Virus record (IMG/VR): IMGVR_UViG_3300035135_001643
Location: 1 to 25,844 of that record
DNA length: 25,844 bases
Reading direction: 5' to 3' (one strand)
Source: a virus
Lineage: Duplodnaviria; Caudoviricetes
A program made the position numbers and the translations under genes. Every line of letters begins with the position of its first letter. Positions within the stretch are counted from its first letter, which is position 1. The notes below the pieces were generated by a model. It was not told where the DNA came from. It saw nothing but the letters and a program-made list of their open reading frames with translations, and did not search any database. Below are positions 11,201 to 20,100 of this stretch, one piece after another.

Positions 11201-13575
11201 CTCCAAGTTATATTCAGAGTGTATCTACATCCTTTAGTGTTACATCGGCAGAAATAACAGTAGGAGACACAAGTAATATCCTTCCTGGAATGGAGTTGAT
11301 TGTTGAGTCTGGGAGTGATGGAGAATTATTACCAAATACCCAAGTATTGAGTATCGATAGCTCTACACAAATAACTCTGACAAAAATTCCACTAACAGAG
11401 GGATCTGCAACAGTATCTTTTAGAGGTTATGAGTATACTGATGGAGTAACAAGAACTGATAGTAGTTTATCGATAAAAGTAACCGAAGAAACTCCTACAT
11501 TATATTACTATTCGGGAACTTCTTCTGACGATGTTCATCAAAATGAAGGAGGAGATGATCTTCAGGAAGCAGAAATTCTAATAGATCAAAATAATCCTAA
11601 AACTTTTGGAAGTGGGTTTTTACTAAGAGTAGCAGAATTAAATTCTAATGATGTAATTATTGCAGATATTGAAGATGGTGAGTTATCATGTATATCTCTC
11701 AATGCAACTAACGCTTCTATCTCAGATCTCACAGCAACATCTTCTCTAACAGCTTCAAATATTAACGGACAAGTTATTTCTTTGAATGCTATTAATTCTA
11801 GTAATTTAGTAATAACATCTCCAACCACTGGATTTTCTGGAAATATTACTATTGGATCTACAATAACACTGGGATCAACAAGTGGTTCAATTACATCATC
11901 TGGAGAAATCAAAACTACTGATAAGTTTAATTCAAATGATTTTCTTATCATTGAAGATAATATTATTTCTTCAACTACTGGAAACTCTTTAGTTTTAAAA
12001 CCACCATCTTCTAGAGTTGTAAAAGTTGATTCTCAGGGATCTCTTATTATTCCATCTGGACCATCTTCATCTAGACCACCAGTAGGAGTTGTAGAAAACG
12101 GTGCTATTCGTTTTAATACCGATAGCGGACAATATGAAGGTTACAGTGCTTCTACTACTTCATGGGCATCTCTTGGTGGAGTAAGAGACCTTGATGGCAA
12201 CACTTATATCGCAGCAGAAGCTTCTGTTGGAGCAAATGATAACACATTATATTTCTATAACGACGGTAACAATACAGTAAGTGTTACTCCAAATTACTTA
12301 CAGTTTGTTGATGTTAAAAAGATCCGTTCTATTAACACGACTGCACCAGCATACACAGACTACGCTACCAATACTCAGGTAACTCTAGGTCAGTATTTGA
12401 AGTATCAGAATAACATTTATGAGGTAACTGTAGCAGGTCAAACTGGAACTTCTGGTAACGAACCAACACATACCACTGGAGCAGCAACAAACGGAACTGC
12501 TGAATTAACTTGGTCCACAACCGCTATTGCTCCACTAACTTTTGAGGAAGTATCTGAAGTTAGAATTGATCCTCTTGGATTTACGGATCTGGTTGTCAAT
12601 GCCGAACTAAGATTTAGTAACAATGTAATTTCTACAGATCTTAATGATCTTATTGTTAGACCAAACACTGGTAAAAAAGTAACTATTGATACCAACACAT
12701 CTTTAGTGTTGCCAGTAGGCGATACAAACCAAAGAGGCGTTGCTGCTCAAGGTTCGGTTCGTTTCAACACCACCAACTCTACTTATGAGGGTTATGACGG
12801 AACGAACTGGGGATCTCTTGGTGGAGTAAAAGACGTTGACCAAAATACTTACATTATTCCAGAACTTTCTGCTGGATCTGATGAAAATATTTTGTACTTC
12901 TACAATAATGGTACAAATACAATGCGTCTTTCTGAGAGCGCATTAGACTTTACTAATATTGATAGTATCACCAGTCAAAATAATAATCTAGATATCGAAG
13001 CACAAACTGTTACATTTAATAGTCTTGCTGCTACTATTGACACATCAGGAACTTCTACATTTATCCACACAACACAGGACAACTTAGATCTTGGTTTGTC
13101 AGTTGGTATCAATGTTGATCCTTTACTGAGACTAGATACTAATGGTGATATCTACGTTAATAAAGCATTTGGAACAGGATCTTTTGATGGATTAAAACTC
13201 ATCAACAGTTCTTTTGATACATTCGAACTTTCAGATCTAAGGATTGACACTCAAGATATTCAACTTATCAAGGGTGGAACTAATGCTGGTGCAGCAGTTC
13301 TTTATGATCCAACAGTTGATACTGGTTCTAGAGTAACAGTTTCTGTTCACAACCAAACAACTGGCGATAAGGAGATGATTGAGTATCACGTTACTGATAA
13401 AGGAAGTGATATTTTCCACACTGATATTAGTAACCTGAACACTGGAGTAAATCAAGTGTCTTCAGTATTTGACTTTGACGCTCAAAACAAAGTAAGAGTT
13501 ACATTTACACTTACAGATTTGACCATTGGTGATGTTGTAAATATTACAGTAGTAACAAACACATTCAAGAAGTAA
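8248..13575 (+). CDS. Large fibre-like virion structural protein (1775 aa) with nested beta-domains, two cupredoxin-like domains, a CBM5/12-like module and two LPxG..R..GxxRFNT repeats
   Basis: N-terminal NVARTDTFETQRVKINEI and GDGTRTAPSLAFTSD motifs typical of phage fibre proteins; G/T/S-rich GxGY repeats; YYCTVHPGMG; long uninterrupted ORF in a structural cluster. Confidence 0.8.
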   Translation: MPAINVARTDTFETQRVKINEIGSQIFSITQGGSDLATGNLKLGDGTRTAPSLAFTSDTSLGIFKSEENTFGYVSSGQKIADFGTLGNLFYKDLIVRQKVLTNSGISFLSYGENYDAGSYNVILTGGTGEGATVSISVTAYTGSITNQGENYFPGNYSDILLEGGSGTGAQANFDVEGIVGDITVAGNGYVPGTYNSIDLTGGSGTGATGNITITGDTQINGSITNPGSGYTQGNYIFVPLLNNPTTTYVVGTVANPGTPPPSNIYTLDGSNQPTLNLLKSNTYRFDLSDASLANHPFNIRKQSGDPLDNNYVLVTKGTPGNAGAFLDLIIKPTAGNDTLEYYCTVHPGMGANINVSTGAVGSFGSFGAASIEVDATGVVSSFDVTNIGIDYAANDIVSVYSADIGGTGSGFEFTISGITYTGIVDSITIVESGSDYVNGDTLSINDADVGGGGGSGFEFTVTSFPGKITNIEFSNQGTGYQVADILTLPTQVTKTSVTVKGEKLNVATTLSTATPVITVASTAGIIPGMEIQGGSNDVGNIGQGNTVLSVDSSTQLTLSNNPIFDGSADLTFRSPGNLRLLDIADVSGILQGSLVSVSGGTALIDITATVISVAPNEVIISTDPTQAGVSDIIFIPPYKNPTTPFEYTINKLGVVTGANILEGGNGYSVGDELSVNARDLTSPIVYDVTNRDLRRITFTGTFPSGTFSVGNFVRERDGDIQLFNFSATDVIPTTVSGLSTTLDVLSTTVTLTSTTGILAGMIVTTSPGDVGELPSPCTVVSVDSPTEITISSLPILSGSAVLDFTSDESGTYTNVASTTNSANGTPVTFDITRNSNGEVDNLTINQSGFFYESGDEVYIDGSLIGGSSPTNDITITVDFVRELEDSEIYQVILDQSNNIESLLIDDLGYQQGFVLYNVGDVSTTYTIDDEGSTEHRFFIDIGSGPTLTPDINFYVGNTYEFNISDSSNTDHLFSLSKFRDGIWSPSYIQSVSTSFSVTSAEITVGDTSNILPGMELIVESGSDGELLPNTQVLSIDSSTQITLTKIPLTEGSATVSFRGYEYTDGVTRTDSSLSIKVTEETPTLYYYSGTSSDDVHQNEGGDDLQEAEILIDQNNPKTFGSGFLLRVAELNSNDVIIADIEDGELSCISLNATNASISDLTATSSLTASNINGQVISLNAINSSNLVITSPTTGFSGNITIGSTITLGSTSGSITSSGEIKTTDKFNSNDFLIIEDNIISSTTGNSLVLKPPSSRVVKVDSQGSLIIPSGPSSSRPPVGVVENGAIRFNTDSGQYEGYSASTTSWASLGGVRDLDGNTYIAAEASVGANDNTLYFYNDGNNTVSVTPNYLQFVDVKKIRSINTTAPAYTDYATNTQVTLGQYLKYQNNIYEVTVAGQTGTSGNEPTHTTGAATNGTAELTWSTTAIAPLTFEEVSEVRIDPLGFTDLVVNAELRFSNNVISTDLNDLIVRPNTGKKVTIDTNTSLVLPVGDTNQRGVAAQGSVRFNTTNSTYEGYDGTNWGSLGGVKDVDQNTYIIPELSAGSDENILYFYNNGTNTMRLSESALDFTNIDSITSQNNNLDIEAQTVTFNSLAATIDTSGTSTFIHTTQDNLDLGLSVGINVDPLLRLDTNGDIYVNKAFGTGSFDGLKLINSSFDTFELSDLRIDTQDIQLIKGGTNAGAAVLYDPTVDTGSRVTVSVHNQTTGDKEMIEYHVTDKGSDIFHTDISNLNTGVNQVSSVFDFDAQNKVRVTFTLTDLTIGDVVNITVVTNTFKK
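8560..10290 (+). repeat. Protein-level repeats: four GxxYxxGxY..LxGGxGxGA N-halves followed by four GxVxxxxIxxxGxxYxxxDxL C-halves
   Basis: N-halves at ~8560-8661, 8671-8775, 8785-8889 and 8908-8976; C-halves at ~9370-9495, 9511-9633, 9646-9720 and 10204-10290, read from the translation. Confidence 0.8.
9763..11428 (+). repeat. Four dispersed copies of a ~70-aa beta module (ITVxSTxGIxPGM...TVLSVDSxTQITLS...GSAxLxF)
   Basis: Copies at ~9763-9975, 9982-10160, 10459-10672 and 11218-11428; a more divergent copy in the 2762-aa protein at ~19420-19625. Confidence 0.8.
11950..12930 (+). repeat. Internal duplication (~105 aa x2) in the 1775-aa protein
   Basis: NIISSTTGNSLVLKP...SLIIPSG...GAIRFNTDSGQYEGY...WASLGGVRDLDGNTYI...LYFYNDG versus NVISTDLNDLIVRP...SLVLPVG...GSVRFNTTNSTYEGY...WGSLGGVKDVDQNTYI...LYFYNNG; a 17-nt exact match ATCTCTTGGTGGAGTAA at 12168-12184 and 12813-12829. 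Confidence 0.85.
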
Positions 13576-13576
13576 A

Positions 13577-14083
13577 ATGGCAGTAAATCTAAGAACTTAC
13601 GATTCAGTTGGCGGATTTTCTGTCAACAACACAACTCTTGTCAACGATCTCAAAGATGTTAAAAATGTAAACAGTTTAGAAGTAAAGAATAGTTTTTTCT
13701 CTGATGCTTCCACAACAAAGTATATTTTAAGAGGAACAAACACCGCTATTCTTTCTTCTAACGACACAGGAGAACAAATTATTCTCCCGTCATCTACACT
13801 CAGTTTTATTACCAGTCACATTGTTGGTGTTAATGCCAGCGGCGGTGGTAGTTTATCTTTGAAAATTGAAAGTGCTGTAACAACTTCATCTGCTGGAGAT
13901 GTTCAAGTGTTGTCATCAATGACTACTATTATTAATGATACAATCCCAACAGGAGAAACATGGGATGCTGTAACATATGATAGTGGAGCAGCAAATAGAT
14001 TTAGTTATTCTACCACAAGAGCTGGAACTACAGTAGAAATTAACTGGGTGGCATCAGTGGAGGTAGTCACTGTTTCTTGGTGA
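13577..14083 (+). CDS. Virion structural protein (168 aa, beta-rich)
   Basis: ATG 1 nt after the previous stop (TAA A ATG, likely coupled); YDSVGGFSV N-terminus and INWVASVEVV C-terminus; position between two fibre-like genes. Confidence 0.75.
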   Translation: MAVNLRTYDSVGGFSVNNTTLVNDLKDVKNVNSLEVKNSFFSDASTTKYILRGTNTAILSSNDTGEQIILPSSTLSFITSHIVGVNASGGGSLSLKIESAVTTSSAGDVQVLSSMTTIINDTIPTGETWDAVTYDSGAANRFSYSTTRAGTTVEINWVASVEVVTVSW

Positions 14084-14087
14084 TATA

Positions 14088-14095
14088 ACTAAATA
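14088..14095 (+). promoter_or_regulatory. Putative late promoter variant (ACTAAATA)
   Basis: TAAATA core in the 50-nt intergenic gap, 38 nt before ATG 14134; SD-like GGGAG at 14118-14122. Confidence 0.55.
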
Positions 14096-14133
14096 GATAA
14101 AGGTTATAAACTAAGGCGGGAGCACCTAGTACA

Positions 14134-17100
14134 ATGAGTTTTAAGATCAACTCTGACAGGGAAAGAATTCACGGCGATAATACTAGAATCGTAGGAACTA
14201 ACGAAACTACGTTCAGAATTGGTAGCGGCGCTAGTGAAAAAGAAATTTTGAGGATTCAAACTGATCCTGTTAACAACCTAGCTCGTATTGGTCTTAATAG
14301 AACTGGAAGAAAAGTAGAAACTATTACCATCAATGAGAATCAAGGTGGTTCTGGATATACTATTGTTCCAGATGTAACACTAAGTGCTCCCGATCTTAGT
14401 GATGGTGTTCAGGCGCAAGCTACCGCTTTAATTAGCAATGGATCTGTAGTTGCTATTGTTGTTGACAACGCTGGTGATGGTTACACCTCACCGCCTACAG
14501 TAACTATTTCTGGTGGTAATGGTGCAGGTGCTCAAGCAACTGCTAAACTTGATACTGTTGATTTTGAATTAGATGTTAATGGTGCTATCAGAACATCAAC
14601 GTCTATCATTTCTGATACGGCAAAAATTCTCAACCTAGATATTGAGAATTTAATTACTCCAGACGCTGATTTACGAGCTCCATTCTTAAAAACATATGCT
14701 AATGGAACAGGAGTTGTTTGGGTTCCTAATGTTATTTTACAGAAAGGTGCTTATAGATATTTCGGCAGTAACGTTTATGAAGCACTAAATGCTGGACAAA
14801 CAGGAACCACAGGTCCAACTCATACAAGTGGTGCTGTATTAAATGGAGAAGTTCAGTTAAATCATATTGGTTATAGAGTTAATGATCCTAATGCTCCTCA
14901 CTATGGAATTACTGGAGATAGTGGAGTATTTCCAAGATCAGTTACTCCACAACTAGGTGATAAATCAAACGCTGTTGCTACCACAGAATACGTTCTCAAC
15001 CTAGCAACAAATGACGTTGGTGGTCGTATCTATGTTTCCCAACAGATTGGTAGTGATGATAATGATGGTCGTTCTGCTGTTAACCCAGTTAGAACAATCA
15101 AGAAAGCAGCGCAGTTGGCATGGGCAACTCCTGGCGTTAAAGAAACACTGATTGTTTCTGGGGGTGATTATGTAGAAGATAACCCAATTTCACTACCACC
15201 AGATTGTTCTATTGTTGGTGATAACCTTCGTCTAGTAATTATTAGACCAGCGAATCCCCGCAAACACATGGTTAAGTTTGGGGACAAAAACTATCTTATT
15301 GGTGTAACATTTAGGGATGCTATTGATAGTGCTGGTGATCCAGTCCATACCTGGGACTTTGCTATGGTCTTTGACGATAAGCAAAGAATTTATTATGATT
15401 CAACTACTGGTGGAGATTTTGAAAGAAGTTTCCCAATCGGTCATCAAATTTTTGGATTACCTAAGATCAGGGTTGATTTCCAATCCAACACTGGATTATC
15501 AAACTTAGTTAATGGACTAAGAGTTCGTGGTGTTAACACTGGTGCTGTCGCTGATATTACTGATGTTTCATTCACAACAATCACAGGAGCAAGCGCATAT
15601 ACATCAGGATCTGTAGATGCTGATATCGTAAGTGGTTCCTTCAACACTGGTGAAACATTCCAGTATGGGGGAGTTGGAACACTAGTGTGGGAAGCTTCTA
15701 CAGCATATACCCTAGGTCAAGTTGTTTGGGCGAATGATTATGTATATACAGTAACTGCTGCTGGTACATCTGGAACTGGATCGCCAAACCACAGTAGTGG
15801 TACTGCTACAAATGGAACTGTAGATTTTGAATATCTAAGAGATGCGTATGAGTTTGTATCAACAGATATTCGTTCTATTAGAGCAGAAGGTGAAGTTGTA
15901 TCTATCGATGAAGATTTAACTACAACCTTACCAATTTCTAGAATCAACTTTGCTTTACAGGGAACTACTGATGTAGTCACTGGTGGTTATCAATCTGCTC
16001 AATTCGGTAATGCAGAGGATCTTGGTGGTATTGTTTTCTACACCAATGATTTGGTTGGAAGACAAAATACACACAACTTTAAGGCAGGACAAGAAATTGT
16101 AATCTCTGGTCTACCTACATCAAACCCAGATCTTTCCGCACTTAACGGAAAGCAAAGAATTTACAAAGTATTTGAAGATGCTGATGGAAGAGCAAGAAGA
16201 TTCGTTATTCCTAAAAAGTTCCCATCAATCTCAGATTCTAATTTAGATCCTGGACAGTTTGCTACTGTTTCATCATTTGAGAAGTCAATTACAATATCAC
16301 TTCTCAACTCTCCAAACAAGTTCTCGATGGCAACTCCTACTGATAGGAGATACCAAGACGCTTGTCTACTAATCCGCAATAACATTGATTTTATTGCTGA
16401 CGAATCTTATCTACGTTTAGTATCAGAGTTTCCAAATTTAGTTGTCCCTGGTGGTCCTGCTAAGTGTAAGAGAGACATTGGGCATTTTATCAACTCTATT
16501 GTAAGAGACCTTCAGTTTGGAAGCAATTACAATGTAATTGAATCCGCAGAATACTATGTTGAAGGAACACAAATTGGATATGTTGATACGGAAATCATCG
16601 AGACTGTAAGAGCATTTGAATATGCTAGAGAATTGATGATTTACGCAATGCGTAATTGGAGAACTGCCAATGGTTTAGTATCCGATCCCATCTATACTCC
16701 ACAGTATTCATCCGAAGCAAGATACTTTGATGATACTGTAATTACAACTACTGCTGGCAATCCCGCATGTGACGATGTAAGAGCTGCTATTGATAGTTTA
16801 GCATACTTATTTGTAGATGTCTTAACTAATAATGCTTCTGGAACTGTTCTAGACGGTGCTTATCTAATTGCTAGAAACGAAACTTTTATTGCCGAAGAAG
16901 CACTTGGATATGGAACAGCACAATATCCAGCACTAACATTTACAATTGATGCTCAAGATATTGGATCTGTTTTAGAAGGTCTTATCAGAGACCTTTGTTT
17001 AGGTGGAAATGCTGGTATTGTTAACGTTGCAGAATCTTACTTTACTGGAACTGAATTAACTGGTATTCCAACAGATGAACAAGGTCCAGCAAACTTTGTA

Positions 17101-20100
17101 TTTTCTAAAGTAAAAGAACTTGCCATCTTGGCAATGCGTAACTGGAAGACTGGAGATGGAACTGGTCCTGTTTATACACCAGTTTATTCTGGTACTTCTC
17201 TATTCATTGATTCTACAATCTTAGTTGATGGTACTACACCAATTTGTGCTGGTGTTGAAACTGCTATCAATACTGAGATGGAACTTCTAGAAGATATTCT
17301 AGATGGAACAATCGCTGCGGGTGCTACTACCAGAACATTTGGAACTTTATATAATACAGATTCTATTATTTCGTATCCAGATTCAACAATCTACGATGCT
17401 GATAATAAGATAGTAACTCCAAGAGCAGATTTTGATGACTACCCAATTATTGAGGCATCACCATACACCCAGAACTCTTCTGTTATCTCCTTCCTAGGTG
17501 GTGGCGGTGCTCTGGTTGATGGTTCTAAGGTCAAGCAACCTAACTGCCCCTTCCCTGGTCTAGAACTAGACGGTTCTGCGACATTCCCCAACCAGGGTAA
17601 GTCGATGGTTGCTTCGGCATTCACGATTGTATCATTTGGCGGTACGGGATACAAGGTTATTAACGATGGTTACACCCAGTTGGTTTCGGTCTTTGTTATC
17701 TTCTGTGAAGATGGTGTACTTGCTGAGTCTGGTGGTTATTGCTCTATCACTAACTCCGCTACAAACTTTGGTACATTTGCTCTCCGTGGCACAGGATTTA
17801 GAGAAGAAGCATATACATTTGACGTTGGTACAATTACTAATGTCTCAACCACTCCAACAGGAAGAACCATCTTTACTGTCGATGGACTCGGTAGAGAACC
17901 ACTAGAGCACTATATTGTCAAGATTGATGGATATAGCAACTCAAATACAAACATTGAGTATTTTGTTGAGAGTATTGCTGGAGTAACAGTTGGACCTCCT
18001 TTCTCAGCACAATTAACAATTGACGATGGACAAGGAAACGCTGGTGCTTTCATTGATAACTCTACTGGCAATGCTGTTTCCACAAACACCGCAACATTCT
18101 CTGGTGCCACTTTAAGACTACACAGACCATCTATTGTTAACTCATCTTCTCACACTTGGGAATTTGCTGGTTCTGGTACAAACTACAACGCTCTACCAGA
18201 AAACGGCGGCGTTAAGATTGAGGCAAATGAGCAGGTATCTGAGAACTATGGTCGTGTATATGTCTCTGGTACTGACGAACTAGGTGACTTCAAGGTTGGT
18301 ACGTTCGCTAGAATTGAAAACAGAACGGGTGCTATTACCTTCACGGGTACTGTTACCATCTCTGAAGTCGAATTCTTGAAACTGAAGGGCGGCGACGTTG
18401 TTGTTACTGGATTCTCTGCTGACAATACACTTGGTGGCGCTCAGTCTTCTGACGGACAACTACCTACACAGAAAGCAGTTAGAGATTATATCACTAACAA
18501 CCTCGGTCCATACATCAACAAACCATACTCCACGAACGCTGTTCCTAGAGCACTAGTCGAACTTACCGATTCTGGTAAGATCTCGGTTGATCAAATCCCA
18601 GCACTAAGACCTTTCCAAGTCTACACTGTTGCTGACCAGGCAGCAAGAACTTCTATCGAAGGAGCACTTGCTGGTGATATCGCAATTCAACAGGATACCT
18701 CAACATCGTTCATTCTTAATGATGATAACGATAGTTTGTTCTTGGCATTTAATGTTGATACAAACTTAGCGTTTACAATTGGAGATATCTTTACTGGAGA
18801 TGTAACTGGTGGTCAAATTCAAGCAACTGAATATAGAGAAGGTGTTTTATATCAGATTAACCTAACTTCTGGTGGTTCTGGTTATACTACTCCACCAACA
18901 GTTACTATTTCTGGTGGTAATCCACAAGCAGGAGCAGTTCAAGCTGCTGCTACAACTACTATTGCTAACGGTCAAGTCGTTACAATTACTATTGTAGACT
19001 TCAATGGATATCTTGGTGGTAAAGGATATACTACAGTTCCTACTATCACAATTAGTGGTGATGGAAATGGTGCTACAGCAACTGGTTTCATTGAGAGCAG
19101 ACTGTATGGCGACATTGTAAACCAAGTCAAGATTGTAGATACTGATGATATTGAAGACAGCACTGCTGCTCCAAATACAAACACGGTTGATCTAAGCAGA
19201 GTTGTCAATACTTCTTCGTTCGATAACGCTAACTGGGTATCTCTATCATCCAATCAGGTTGCTGCTTCCGACATTACATCTGGTGTTATTGAGACAGATA
19301 GACTTGCATCGGGTGGTGCTGCTAACTCGTTTACATTCCTACGTGGTGACCAGAATTTCGCATTAGCAGTTCAGTCTATCAAGGGTGCTGAGACAAGATA
19401 CTTTGCTATCCTTGACGTTCAAGGGAACAATGGAAGTGATCAATTAATCTTCCCAACCAATGGCGATATGCTTATTGGTCACGATGTGGTTAATAATGTA
19501 ACTGGTATTCAAGCAAATACCACAATTACAAATATTGTTTCTGCTTCTGGTCAGACTACTATTACATTAAGTAATGCTTTAACATCAGATATTACTGCTG
19601 GAACTGTAATCCAATTTGGTAGGGGTGCTTCTCCTCTGCTTCTAGAATCGACATATACTCAAGGTAACTTCATTGACGATGTTATCATTGTCAATGGCGG
19701 ATCTGGATTTACAAACGGTCAATACTTTGATGTTGGTTTATCTGGTGGTGCTGGAACAGGTCTCAGAGCAAACCTCGTTGTTTCTGGTGGCGCTGTAACT
19801 GATGTTGTTGTAACAGACGGTGGTACTGGATACAATGCTGACTTTAATGTCACAAACGCACCAACAGAAATTGGTGCTGGATCTTCTCTAGTTCTTGCTG
19901 CTAAAGTTTCTACTGTAAATAGACAGTATGCTAATACTTCCATTGACGTTCTAAGAGTTACCGCAAATACAATTTCTGCTGATGACTTTGGTACGGTTGG
20001 TGTTGCTAGATTTGATAAGTCACAATTTGATATTGGATTACAGGGCAATGGTTCTGTAAGACTCAAGACTGGTGCGGATAGTGGTTTGGATGCTGACTTG

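Noticed and set aside
13536-13543. TGTAAATA 33 nt before the 168-aa gene as a late promoter
   Set aside because: GTAAATA also occurs mid-gene (3654, 19915, 25023), so it cannot be distinguished from background; possible but unsupported.
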